DNA of 64,000 nucleotides from Tetramitus jugosus (taxonomy: Eukaryota > Protista > Heterolobosea): NCBI GenBank assembly GCA_937625935.1, contig OW569358.1, positions 186,001 to 250,000 of the forward strand, read 5' to 3'. The translations under genes and the position numbers were made by a program. Position 1 is the first letter of the stretch; every line of letters starts with the position of its first letter. Shown here piece by piece: positions 9,930 to 21,675 of the stretch. Below the pieces are notes generated by a model. That model made no database searches. It was not told the origin of the DNA and worked only from the letters and a program-made list of their open reading frames with translations.

Positions 9930-10793
9930 ATGGTGTTCTTGAAATTAAAAAATAGTGAAGAGGATCAATTCCTCTTCGAAACAAAGACCGATGTCGACGT
10001 TGAACATGTGATTCATGATCTTGTTCAAGTTTTCAATAAGCGACTTCAATTAACAGCACTGATCTCTGAGACGGAAGAGCTCATCAAGTATGGTGTCATG
10101 AGAGAACCAGAGAGTCAAGGAATCGATGAAATGATCAACAATTTGAAAATAGAAGAAGTGACGAATGACAATGTGCAAGAAGATGAAGAACAATTGAACG
10201 CCGATCAAACAAAAGATCCATCTCACAGAAGATTGGGAAATCCTCCGTCCGATGAACGGATCATTGCAACCTTGAAGAAAACGGTAGATGAAGCCAAATT
10301 TTACATTTCAAAGGAGCAGGCATTGCAGAAGAAGTGTTTGACCTTGGATGGGCTTGAAGAAATGATCAATAATATCAAGGGCGCTATTGCGATCGCATAT
10401 CCGATGGGATTGCCAAAATATGACTCCATTTCCTTTATCCTTAGCGCTGATTTCACTCACAACGACATGTACATTGACGACAAGACCACACTGTGGTTCG
10501 CAGGCAAAGAACTGCAGAGAGGACAAAAGCTGCAGGAAACAAAATCAATTGGAAGGAATGAAAAGACTATGATTATTGTAAAGTTGAGTAAGAAGGGTTC
10601 TGGTCCTCCTGCAAGAGAACCACCTCTCACTGAAGAAATGCAACGAAATTTGATGGCTTACTACTACAAGAAACAAGAGGAGCAAAAGAAGTTGCTGGAG
10701 GACTCGGATGACAATTATGTAAATTCTGTCTGGGCGGATCCAAAAGGTCTCAGGAATCACTTTCAAGGAATAAACAACATTGATTGGAAGTAA
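9930..10793 (+). CDS. CFAP298: Cilia- and flagella-associated protein 298 (C21orf59/FBB18)
   Basis: QFLFET start, GAIAIAYPMGLP, LWFAGKEL, GRNEKT.IIVKL...G.GPPAREP, MAYYYKKQEE, WADP..LR. Confidence 0.93.
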   Translation: MVFLKLKNSEEDQFLFETKTDVDVEHVIHDLVQVFNKRLQLTALISETEELIKYGVMREPESQGIDEMINNLKIEEVTNDNVQEDEEQLNADQTKDPSHRRLGNPPSDERIIATLKKTVDEAKFYISKEQALQKKCLTLDGLEEMINNIKGAIAIAYPMGLPKYDSISFILSADFTHNDMYIDDKTTLWFAGKELQRGQKLQETKSIGRNEKTMIIVKLSKKGSGPPAREPPLTEEMQRNLMAYYYKKQEEQKKLLEDSDDNYVNSVWADPKGLRNHFQGINNIDWK

Positions 10794-10826
10794 TTAATTG
10801 GAATACAATGAAAAGGATGTTTGTTT

Positions 10827-11384
10827 CTATTCGGGTTGAGTCTGTTGCAATGACGGTCCAAGAGAAAAAGAAATGATTGATGCATCTCTTTGTACAAATT
10901 CTAGTTCTTCTGCCACACACTTCACACTCCTCAGCATGTCTTCGTGCTCTGATATCATGAGCTTCTGTACCACCCCTTTCTTCACGTAGGCAATCGTACA
11001 GTGAAATTCACCCGCAAAATAGCGCTTAGTACGCAACTTGCCCACCATTTTACGCAATTCCTTTAGCTGTGCGTACCCTCCATGGAGTGTGAGATGAATT
11101 ACATCATATCTTTTCGCTGGCCAGACTGCTAGCTTACCAATTGTGAATCTGACAGGTTCGAGTGAATTTGCAAGCTCTGGCAACTCTAGATGGGCTTCAC
11201 ATGGTAGGCCTCCACATATAGTAATGTGACTGTGAGTGTCACGTCCATAACTGGGATCCTTTTCGTCAATGTACAAGTCATCATCGTGGATGTGGCAGTT
11301 GCTCCATGCTTGAATTTGATCAGCTTCTCGTGATGGCACACGAAGTTGAACTGAGGCAGACGAGTGAATGAGTGCTTTGGACAT
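10827..11384 (-). CDS. 2H phosphoesterase, phage-like (gp57B/Acb1-related type)
   Basis: Two HxT motifs: DDLY...YGRDTHSHITICGGL and FHCTIAYVKKG; intronless. Confidence 0.75.
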   Translation of the reverse strand: MSKALIHSSASVQLRVPSREADQIQAWSNCHIHDDDLYIDEKDPSYGRDTHSHITICGGLPCEAHLELPELANSLEPVRFTIGKLAVWPAKRYDVIHLTLHGGYAQLKELRKMVGKLRTKRYFAGEFHCTIAYVKKGVVQKLMISEHEDMLRSVKCVAEELEFVQRDASIISFSLGPSLQQTQPE

Positions 11385-11509
11385 TTTTGAGTTCCCTATC
11401 TGGAAAAAACTCCGCAAAGTTACTCCCGATTGAAACTTCCTTGATCAATCGCACCAAAAAATTCACCACCAGAAAAAAGGATATTATCTCCATAACAACA
11501 GACTCGAGA

Positions 11510-13342
11510 ATGACAGATAGCCACGAAAGATCACTCGTTGATAAAATGGTCAAGTTGACCAACACTCAACAAAGTATCCAATGTATGCATCATCTATATC
11601 ACTATCAACAAACATTGATTCATTCATTGTTTTTTTTGGAGTACTGTGTGAACAAAAATCTTACGTTTTTTTTATTTTTGTTATCATAGCACTCTCACTC
11701 TGGATAATTTACCACAAGAGACGTGCAGAATCAAGTGTCTCCGTCTGGAAGAGAGAAATTTTGGCTGCTCCCGTCAATCGAAAGTTGGTTTACTTGTATT
11801 TGGCCAATGACGTTTTGCAGAATGCAAAAAAGGACACGACTCTCTTCGAAGACGCATTTTCCAACGTGATTGTCGATGTTGTCTCTGAAATCTATCCGTA
11901 AGTAGCCTTTGTCCGTTTTTTTTTCTGGTAGTGGGAGAAATTTTTGGCGCCACTAACACAAATGAATACAATTTACAGCGCAATGATTTCCAAGGATCAA
12001 AAATCAACGTCGCGCATGATTGGAATATGGAGTGATCGAAAGGTGTTTGCTTCTGATATTATTGAATCGTTGCAACAAGCAATCACATCATCGAGTGGTG
12101 CTGCTGCTGCCTCTCGATCATCAAGCAAACAAAAAGTGCGCACTGCAACAACTATCACCTCTGACAATAGCACTGCAGCTTCCATGAGAAAATTGGATGC
12201 AATCAGCAATACTACTAGTAGTAGCAACAACAACATGACACAAATTTCAAACAATGACAAATTATCCATGATCATGAACGACGATCATCCATCAATGACA
12301 AGTATCAATAACAACAATAACAGTGGCAATATCAATAATCAAATGATGGAAAATGCGAGTAAATTAACGCCGACATTTGCAGAGCTATCCAATCGACCCA
12401 TTTTCAAGCTTTTGCAAGCAATGACTGAAATTGAATGCGAAAATGAGAATAATAGGTGCACAATGCGACAAAATCCGATTCTTCAATCAGAGTACAAGAG
12501 TGCAATGTTGCCTGCAGAGAGTGGAGAGTCAATGCTCGAAATGAGAGACATCTCTGAGCTTCAACAATGGCAAATGGTGTACGACGGCGTATTGAAACAA
12601 TTTTCCGATGTGAAGAATGCGTTCAGTAAGGAGAACTCGATTCGCAAAAAGTACATTTCTGCACTCAAGCAGGAACTGGATCGACAACAGAAACTGCTGG
12701 GAGAGTATGATCAGGTGGTGAGGGATTGGACGAGGAATGTAGCTGATATTCAACGGTTCCAAACGAGCATTGAGGTATGATGTTGTCATTTTGATCGAAT
12801 GGAACGCAATGATGATGATGTTGCGATCATGTGTCTTTTTTTTCATGTTGTTTTGTACTCTCGAGCTCACAACAAGAACATTCATTTCTGCGTGTATATA
12901 TGTGTATATGTTTATACTTTTTTAGATTTGTTTAACCAATAAGAAAATGCTTCAATCCGACACACTAGTCAGTGACTACTTTAGTGCTGATCAGCATCAA
13001 ATACAGAATACGTTGGCTGGTAAGAAGCGGTCTCTGAGTGATATGTCAGCACCTACAATAAATGATATTCAATCATCTACAATAACAGACTCAATACCAT
13101 TCCCAGACGATGATACAGGTGCACCATTCAAGAGACCAAAGCTCATACCAGTCGTACCATTACCGGATGACAACGACTTGTATGTTCCAGAAGATGTTTC
13201 TGCTCAAGATGTGGACTCTGTGTTGGATGCACTAGAACCTGATCGGAACTCTGCATCAACACTAGACACAGAGTCAGACGATTTTTTGGGACCTACATTC
13301 TTGTCTGACGCTGATCCCTTTGCAGATGACAACAATATGTAA
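11510..13342 (+). CDS. RNA Pol II CTD-interacting (CID) protein, RPRD1/Rtt103 family; introns 11583-11689, 11898-11978, 12775-12925
   Basis: LTNTQQSIQ|SLSLWIIYH, KLVYLYLANDVLQN, RMIGIWSDRKVF; GT-AG introns join four ORF pieces in frame. Confidence 0.88.
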
Positions 13343-13442
13343 TATCAAAATTAATAAATTTGTAATTTCTGAACAATAGGAAGCTGCCACCAACAGACAA
13401 TACAATGCCAACCACGACCAAAGAAATGCAAGATCTACAAAA

Positions 13443-13561
13443 GCCTACATTACTGAGGGTTCTCGAGTAGTCTCCTATCTCAATACTAACTCAGCCAGAT
13501 GGTGCTTAACTTCTCTATTCGAAATGGGAAGAGGTGGTTCCACCATTGTATGAACGTAGAC
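13443..13561 (-). rRNA. 5S rRNA (single dispersed copy)
   Basis: 119 nt; GTCTAC...GTAGGC terminal helix, CCCATTTCGAA..GAAGTTAAGC internal A-box region, TTAGTA loop E, TTTT terminator at 13439-13442. Confidence 0.95.
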
Positions 13562-13772
13562 ATTCATCTACCATGGATCATCGAGTTGACACCGATTGAT
13601 CCTTCATTGGATTAGACTAGATTTGTGACAATCTAACATTGAAAAAAGAGCTATTTCTATGAATGGGAAAAGAGGATTCAGAAGGATGTGTGTGAAGGAG
13701 CTGGTAGTATACGAAGAGGGAACAAAGGTTAAAAACTTGGTGAAGGCAATGAAGATCGTTTGATGCGTTAAT

Positions 13773-14831
13773 TTATGACGATTCTTGTTGTTTCTGATCA
13801 ACAGCGACCTGATGCGATTTGTGCCTCTTTTCCATCTGGAACAACTTTTTCAAACTATCATACACTGCAAATGCAATACAGTGCGATGGAACTGCCTTGA
13901 CCAAATTCGGCATAAATCCCTTATAAAACCCAGCAGCTCCCTCAGTACTCATTGTCTTCCTGCACACGTCCCACATGCCATTGTAGGTCGGCAATGTACC
14001 ATTGAGCGATGCCTGACCCTGCATAATCATTCTCGATTTCACTGTTTTCAACGGATAGGTCGCTGCCTGCGACACGAGTGCACCGGAGCCACCCGCTACA
14101 GCTAAACTCATCAACGTCCGCATAGAGCCCACACTCTCCGTATCGTCATCTCCTTCTGCTGTCGGTGGAACGAGCACATGCTTCACCATTTCATACACGG
14201 TGAGTTGAATACCAGACTGAGGCACAGTGCTCGCAATCGAAGCAGACATGCCCCTAAAAAACGGCACAATACTCTTCTCGTTCTTCACAATGCTCCAAAC
14301 AACATGACTCATACCCCTGTATGTGCCCACATCTGTCGCTGACAACCTCGTCTTTATCACATCCAATGGATAAAACACCACATGTGCAGCAATCCCCGAC
14401 AATGATCCCGCCCAAAAAACCTGCGTATTGGTCAACTCTGAATCTCGCGCCGCAAAAAACCGTTTCATTTTTTCGTAGCACAGGAACTTGAATGCCGAAG
14501 TCGGAGCCGTCTTTATACAATTGGCCAAATTACCACGAAACAAACCACGAACGCCTTCGGTACGATGCATGTGAGTGAGACCGGACCACACGGACAAGTT
14601 GTGACGTGTGTTGACTTGATAAATGGTTTTGAGTCGTTCGAGAGGAGCGACACCTGTTTTGGCGGCAACACCTGCGCATCCACCAATGAAAATTTGCAAC
14701 ATGGTTGTTTGAGAGGAGGAGGATTTTGTGGATGACGTTACTTCAACTGTTGAAGTGGTTGATGGTGTGGTGGACAATGCGACATAGGAAGAATCAGTTG
14801 TTGTTGTTGTTGTTGTAGATGATGATACCAT
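13773..14831 (-). CDS. Mitochondrial carrier family (SLC25) protein, CoA/ADP- or ATP-Mg/Pi-carrier-like
   Basis: Three Px[DE]xx[KR]-type repeats (PLERLK, PLDVIK, PLKTVK) and EG..G.[FY][RK]G motifs. Confidence 0.93.
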   Translation of the reverse strand: MVSSSTTTTTTTDSSYVALSTTPSTTSTVEVTSSTKSSSSQTTMLQIFIGGCAGVAAKTGVAPLERLKTIYQVNTRHNLSVWSGLTHMHRTEGVRGLFRGNLANCIKTAPTSAFKFLCYEKMKRFFAARDSELTNTQVFWAGSLSGIAAHVVFYPLDVIKTRLSATDVGTYRGMSHVVWSIVKNEKSIVPFFRGMSASIASTVPQSGIQLTVYEMVKHVLVPPTAEGDDDTESVGSMRTLMSLAVAGGSGALVSQAATYPLKTVKSRMIMQGQASLNGTLPTYNGMWDVCRKTMSTEGAAGFYKGFMPNLVKAVPSHCIAFAVYDSLKKLFQMEKRHKSHQVAVDQKQQESS

Positions 14832-15357
14832 TATGATTATGGTGCGCAGGGCATTAGAAAAATTGTTGTTGGTTTTTTGTTTTGTTTTTACGGCACGATC
14901 GAATCTTGCATGTTCATGCTGTGGGTGGAACTTTGAATTAGTTGGGAACGGAAAAATTGATCACTGCACGCATGAGTCAACTTGGCACTGGAATCGTGTA
15001 AGATGGACAGAAAACATAGATGGCAACGAAGCCTCCCTAGGAAGTAGGCTGTGACATTATCAAACAAAATGTGTGAACCTGGATTGACAGCTCGACACCT
15101 TGTTTTTAGGGTTACTCGAGTGCCACATTAATTGATTCGGGGACTGTATGGAATATTGCTTGAACATCAATGCACGTCCTATTCATGCACACTAATGCCT
15201 TCTGATGTCGATATTACAATATTCGGTTAAATTCTCTTAATTATCTCTGCTCAACAAGGTGCTTTTTAACAATCGGTGAATAAAAAATGATAAAACATGT
15301 GGGATTGAAAAATGCATTCAACAAAAAATAAAACTTTTATGGATTGTTGCAATTCAT

Positions 15358-17025
15358 TCAGAGGGAAGACCTTGCGGATTGGATACCATTACGTTCCTTC
15401 TCTCGCTCGAATTCCTCAAGTAACACATTACCTGGTCTTGCCTTTTCAAACAAGTCAAGCAGTGTGTTCTCCGCTGGATTTGTCTCTGATCCCTGCCAGT
15501 AAATCTTATTCTTGCTGTGCGTGAGATCCCTAGGATATATTCTTCTCCAGTCAGTCTGAAGCGATCTTTCTAGCTCGTCTTCACTCTCCATAATCACTCG
15601 ATCGTCTTGATTCCTTCCAAACTCGAATATTTTTCTCACTTGCTTGTCATACTGGTCTGGATCTCTCGAGAACATGACAGGACCGAGCGTATGGAACATT
15701 TCTGACAGCACGGATATCTTTACGCGCTTATCTAGAACACTAGAGCATGCCAAGCTAGGCATTAGGTTGACCTCGACCAACCATGGATCCAAATGTTCGT
15801 CAATCATGATATCGAACCCGTACAACTCGAAGCAATTGTTTCTATTGGAGGGGAACAATTGCTTCTGTTTCGAGTATAGATGTGATTCCGTTGACAGTAT
15901 GGTTTTCGTGATGACCGATGAAATCTTTTGCAAGAAACCTTCTCTTGTAAAGCTCTTTTCGGCACTCGTTCTCGTGTCTGCCGAGCTTTCACTGCTTGCT
16001 GGCGATTGACACTTGTTCTGCAGATAGGACAAAAATTGTTTGAATGACCACTTGTGTGCATTGAGATCGAACGAATCCATGGCATCTTCATCCACACTCT
16101 CCATCGATTCATTATTGTTCTGAACAAAATCTGGACTATTCTTATTGAGACTATAATTGGTCAAATGAGAGAGAATGTTCTCCGAGTCCTTGTCATAGTC
16201 CACTGTTGAAAAACGCACCAATCCATCCTCAAACAGATAAATTCGCAATGGGTCAACACTAGAGCACAAAACATATAATCTCAAATCAAATTTCTTGCCG
16301 TTAATCAAATAGGGATTGTCCATGTACTGTTGCAACAAAATGGGCTTGGATGGCAATGGAGTTTCACTATTGTACTTGAGAATGGAGATTCCTCTTCCAC
16401 AGGAGCCAGCAAACGGCTTCTGAACAAATGTTTGATTCAAGTGTTTCACTCGTTGAAACTTGTCCAAATCATACGGCATAATGTAGGACTCTGGGAAGAA
16501 ATTGTAAACTTCGGCGCCAAATCGGAGTTTTGAATTAAATAAATTGGCGGCAAGCAAATCCTTGCGACCCAAATTTCCACTACCAGGGAAATGATTCACT
16601 TTTTGAAAGGCATGGAGACGAGAGTACTCCTCTGCTTGCAAATGTCTACCCCAAAACACATTCCACAAATGAAAGTTCGAGTCATCAATTCTCCGCCATC
16701 CATTCTCCAAAAAACTCAATCTCAAACTCACATAATTAAAGTACATCATGCGAAAATAGGGTTGTTTCTCTGATATTTGATCACGAATCAGAGTTGTTGT
16801 TTCATTTCTGGGATGATCCTTGACAAAACTCAACGAAGGAGACTTTGTGGAGAATAAACTTGGATAGAGCTTGATGTGTCGCTCATTGTTGATCAGAGGA
16901 AGTGATGCATCCTGATGAGTTGCAAAGGCAGTTGCTGAGGCGGCTGCAGCAGTGTGACCGAGTATGTGGCTGTGAGTGGTGGCATGGTGGATGGCTGTGG
17001 TGGCAGCAATACTGGCGGGATTCAT
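15358..17025 (-). CDS. Tubulin polyglutamylase, TTLL4/TTLL5-like
   Basis: FQKVNHFPGS..LGRKD, KP..GSCGRGI, QQY..NPYLI.GKKFDLRLYV, HLTNYSLNK, FELYGFDIMID, WLVEVNLMPSL. Confidence 0.93.
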   Translation of the reverse strand: MNPASIAATTAIHHATTHSHILGHTAAAASATAFATHQDASLPLINNERHIKLYPSLFSTKSPSLSFVKDHPRNETTTLIRDQISEKQPYFRMMYFNYVSLRLSFLENGWRRIDDSNFHLWNVFWGRHLQAEEYSRLHAFQKVNHFPGSGNLGRKDLLAANLFNSKLRFGAEVYNFFPESYIMPYDLDKFQRVKHLNQTFVQKPFAGSCGRGISILKYNSETPLPSKPILLQQYMDNPYLINGKKFDLRLYVLCSSVDPLRIYLFEDGLVRFSTVDYDKDSENILSHLTNYSLNKNSPDFVQNNNESMESVDEDAMDSFDLNAHKWSFKQFLSYLQNKCQSPASSESSADTRTSAEKSFTREGFLQKISSVITKTILSTESHLYSKQKQLFPSNRNNCFELYGFDIMIDEHLDPWLVEVNLMPSLACSSVLDKRVKISVLSEMFHTLGPVMFSRDPDQYDKQVRKIFEFGRNQDDRVIMESEDELERSLQTDWRRIYPRDLTHSKNKIYWQGSETNPAENTLLDLFEKARPGNVLLEEFEREKERNGIQSARSSL

Positions 17026-17213
17026 TTGTGTGAAGGTACTATTGGTTGTTTGTTGTTTGTTGCTTGTTTTTTGTGTGAAATTCGGGAAGAGATTTTTCGC
17101 TTCCGACAAAAGTTTAAGCGTTGAAGGTTCAATCGGGAGATTGTTGGCTGAAACCAGAAAAATTACGGTACTATTTGAGTAAATTGGGTGGCCGTCATCG
17201 AAATCAGAGAGTA

Positions 17214-20200
17214 ATGCATATGACAAATAAAAATCTGTATCGGAAGTGGTCAGCGATAGTTCTATTCGTGCTTGTAGTTGTCTTACTTATCATCAAACCG
17301 ATCACTAGCTCCTGGCAATCAGAAAGATGTAACTCAAAGGAAACTTGTTCGGAATGTTTAACTAACGCTGATGAACTTTGTTCCTGGTGTTCTCAAACTT
17401 CGACGTGCATTTCCATCTCTGGACAGTGCCAAAATGCTACCATGCACAACGTTGGACGACTAGGCGTCAAAGCACGTAAAGCCAACAAGTTACTCCGAAA
17501 ACTGGGAGTAGAATCCAAAGAAGAGTCAGAATACACAGATCAGTTATTGTCCCAGTGCACGACCCGAGTAGAAACATTAGAAGAATGTATCATTGGAAGT
17601 GAGTATGCCAAAATACACTTTCCCTTCTCGACATCAGTTCGAAATCTTCAACCAGGAGGACTTCAAGTACAACCAATCATTCCCGTACCTCAAGAGTTTC
17701 TGCAAAACTATGTCCTTAGTACGAGGAATTTGTCTACCAATATTTCCGACATTGATTTGGAGCACTATCTGAGTGAGATATCCTCTTCACCAAGGAATAG
17801 GATAATGTTAGGAGCATATTTTCTGAACCAAAAAGAGAAGATAGCCAAACCTCACATCATTTTCTCAAATCTCGACTATTTCGCATTAAGAGGAAATTAC
17901 TCCATCGTCAACAATACACTTAGAATGGAGAAATCCCCAAGAGGGAAAGTTCTTTTGCATCTCATCCCGGGGAATATAGGAATCAACGCTGAACCGGGAG
18001 TTTATCATCTTGGATTGATGTTGGCGATTTATAACGAGCTTCACGATACCCCTATATGTATGTTTTATCGAATGGATAATCCTGTTACCGTTACTTCGGT
18101 GTACAGAGCCATCTTGGTAGGTATCTACTTGTATGTTGGTCTACCACTGTTTGTTGTTGGTTTGTCGCTGGCCATAATGTTCGTGTGCTGCTGCAAGTTT
18201 CACGACACCCAGAAGATATCAGAGGTGAAATATGACGACACAAAGAACACGGAACACCAAGCTCCTAATGAATCTCCAAACGTTGACGAATCACGCAAAG
18301 TCCGAGATCTTCGAAACATATTTTCACTTAGTTTTATTCTTCGGATTAATTCTGACCAAATAATTGCTCAGTGTGGACTAAGAGGCTACTATTACTGGAA
18401 ATTTTATCGTCGATTGGTTTTAATTGTTCTTTTATACGCTATTTTAGCATTAGGTATTATCCTGCCGATCAACATTGTATTCAATTACAAATCGCACAAG
18501 GTTAAGGATTTTGCGATTACAACCTTCGGGAGTATCGGCAGATGGTCAGTTGTCAGTATTCCCCATTATATAGTAGGCGTGCTTTTCTTTTTAATAGCTG
18601 TAGTGGTGTATGGATTTAGTATCAAACTGCTCTACTATAAAAGAAGATATGAAGCATCTATTTTCACAGCTCGTTTACTACATCTTCCTGGACTACCTAT
18701 TGTCGTGAAGACCGACGAACATGGTAAATGCTATATTGAGAACAGAGAAGAGATCGAAGAGAGAGAAAGATTGATAAGAATGCATTTTGATCAGGTATTG
18801 AAGTCCCAAGATCCAGTTGAGAATGAAGTTGAGGCCGAAATATCGGTACTATCCGTTAGTATTATGGCAGATATGGCTCATATTATAAGAGATGTGGATG
18901 CTCAGTTTCGCCTAGAATCACTCCTTGGACCAGATCCTCTCCAAAAAACTCATAACAACCTCATTCGTAAAACGAGAAAGAAGAGATTAAAGATCATACG
19001 AAGGAAGATGATTGAAAAACTGGAGAAGAAGAACATAGTCTCAAATCAAGCATTCATAACATTCAGATCGGCGACGGCCTTAAGAAAATGTAAAGCCATC
19101 TACAAGAATGAACAAAATAGGACTCGGTCAAACACTCAATTCAGTGACAAAATATCTCCTCTTGGAGTACATGAATGGAGGATTAAGCAATCGTCTTGGG
19201 AACCAGAGGATATTAAGTGGGAAAATATCTATGAACGAACATTTACAAATATTATCCGAGTTGCTACCGTGTATGGAATTTATACCCCTCTATTTCTCAC
19301 TCTGATGGCCGGGCTACTGCTTTACTTCTTACAGTATGGACTCTATGGATTAAACACACGTCTGCATGTAAGACAGGTAACACTAATCTTGAATTCCTCG
19401 AAACTACTCAAGAATGTCATTCCATTAGCCCTTGGATTCACCAGTTCAGTTTTCTCAGTGTTCCTGACAGTGTCGGGAGAAGTGGCAAACATTCTAATGA
19501 GTCTAGCATCAACTAGAGAAAGGATGAAATCCTACTCGAAGGAGTCAGCCTCGTATCTATTGAAATCGGTTTCCATCATTATTCCTTTCTATCTGACAAT
19601 TCCTTTTCTCGGAGACTATCTGGTTGAACTCAGAGATCCTGAGTCTTTTTACAGCAACACTGGTTTAGCTCTTATGCAAGTATGTTCTCATTCCTGTTCA
19701 TTGTTCGTTCGACAGTAACTCAAACTTCATGTTTCTCAGTTCATTTTGTCCTATTTATTCTTGTATAAGGGTTTAGAGCTGATTGGAGCATGTATAAAGC
19801 TCTTTGTATCATATTATCAAAACGGACGAGAAGTGAGAAGAATTCCATTTGACTTTAATCAAGCGTACACAAGTTCTCTGGTTATTTTCTTTATTATTGC
19901 AGTAACAGGTATTCGATTTCCTCTTTTGTTTATCCCAGGAGTAGCCTTCTTTGTGATGACATACTTGATAGATACGTTCATGCTGCTCTTTTTCTATGAG
20001 AAGCCAGAGGGGACAGGAAGAATTGAGTTTGGAACAGTATCTTCTCTTTTGTTGGTGTTTGCTGCCGCTGCCATGTTTTCTCACCCATCATTGAGTGCTC
20101 TTCTGGCCTTTGGATCGCTAATATTTGTCATTGCCTCGTTGTGTGTATTAATATTTATCACCTACCTGTACCAACGAAGGGGAAAAAAGAAGTCTACATG

Positions 20201-20324
20201 CGTCCAAGTGGAAGATGAAGAAATGTATCGAGAGAAATACGCTCAACCTCATTTAAGAATGTTGTTCAAGTGTGCAACAACCCCAATAGAGAGAAAAGCT
20301 AATCCCCTCGAATATAATGTTTGA
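17214..20324 (+). CDS. OSCA/TMEM63-like multi-pass channel with N-terminal signal peptide and Cys-rich PSI-like domain; intron 19680-19739
   Basis: CGLRGYYYWKF..GIILPIN, QAFITF, EPEDIKWENI, FDFNQAY, YLID motifs; N-terminal C..CSECL...CSWC...C pattern. Confidence 0.75.
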
Positions 20325-20513
20325 TTCATGATCCTTCTGAACCCGAAAAAATACCAACTTCGTCAACCTAGCTAAAAAAAACCTTCACATAACAAATGAT
20401 TAATCTTGACACACTTGTTGAGAGATCTCTCCAACAATAATATTTTGACCTCTTCAATAAAACAGGAACTTATCTATACAACATACAAGTACCAAATATT
20501 ATCATAGAACAAC

Positions 20514-21356
20514 ATGGTAGAGACTAATGTAAGAACTGAGATTTTCAAGAGGGTGGAAGATGCTCCGGTGGTGAAGAGTGTGGAGAAGAGAGAGTTTATT
20601 GACCTTCATAATAAGACTCTTATTATGGAAGAGCACAAGCAAGATATTGTAGAGATCCACGAACAACCTGTCGTGAGAAAAGTTCAGCACCAACCGGTTG
20701 AACTAACGGTTCATGAATCTGTCAAGGAGGTTGAGTTGGGAAAGGAGGAAGCCGAGTTGGTCAAGGAGGCAGCACTACTGATTGATGAAGCTGCATTAGA
20801 AGAATCTGATATCAATATCAGTGAAGAGAAAACCACAGTTGTAACTGAAGAGCAACCCGAGGTGCTTAGTGTTCAAAAGAACGTTACCCGCGAGGTGCAC
20901 AATCGAAAAGTGATCACAGAAATCCATGAGCAACCCGTGGTTGAGATTCATGAGCAACCTGTGCGTTTGATTGTTCACGAGGCTCCTATTATCAAGAAGG
21001 TGCACCATGAGGTCATTTATGAGACTGTGAATGATGCGACTCCACTGTTGGAAGATGCTCCAACATTGATGGCAGAGAGCCTGTTGATGAATGAGCTTGG
21101 TCTGGAGAAGGGACCTGTGGAAACTGAGATCCTTGAGGGAATCTTTGCACCTTTGGCTTCAGAGATGGATCTGAGAGAAGAAGGTGGTTTAAGAGAAGAA
21201 GTGGAGGAACCCAAGGCAATTGAAAACAAGGAAGAGTTACAACATGCTTTGTTGTCTCAAACAATGGGTGCTGCCAAGGAAATGGTCGGTGGATTTGTGC
21301 ACTCGTTAACCAATTTACTCCCAGATTTGACTCATTCCGAGAAGAAGGATGAGTAA
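20514..21356 (+). CDS. V/E/H-rich repetitive protein (EIHEQPV repeats)
   Basis: Clean ORF with strong codon bias; repeated VEIHEQPVV units. Confidence 0.75.
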   Translation: MVETNVRTEIFKRVEDAPVVKSVEKREFIDLHNKTLIMEEHKQDIVEIHEQPVVRKVQHQPVELTVHESVKEVELGKEEAELVKEAALLIDEAALEESDINISEEKTTVVTEEQPEVLSVQKNVTREVHNRKVITEIHEQPVVEIHEQPVRLIVHEAPIIKKVHHEVIYETVNDATPLLEDAPTLMAESLLMNELGLEKGPVETEILEGIFAPLASEMDLREEGGLREEVEEPKAIENKEELQHALLSQTMGAAKEMVGGFVHSLTNLLPDLTHSEKKDE

Positions 21357-21675
21357 TCGATTGTACATAAAACTTAACAATAAACAGACACTTGACGAAG
21401 AACAAGTACCACGACCCTTGACTACTTTGGAGAAGCGAATTTCGCTTCAAAGTTCGATGCTTCCTCTTTGTCGTTCAGCTTCGAGGCTGTTTTTTTTCTG
21501 TTGGCGCCCGCTCCCGTCAGATGTCAAAGACAACAGGAACTCCGTCTCTTATGCGCAATAGACCATTCAAACTGGCTGCAAATCGATTTGATGTCATCAA
21601 CACCCACACCAACAGCAACCACAACAACCACCACCACATTATCATCACCATCACCACTACCAACAAACAATAAAA

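Noticed and set aside
14850-15340. Possible ncRNA in the unusually long gap between the carrier and TTLL genes
   Set aside because: No convincing C/D or H/ACA boxes, Pol III boxes or long stems found by eye; an Infernal search would be needed.
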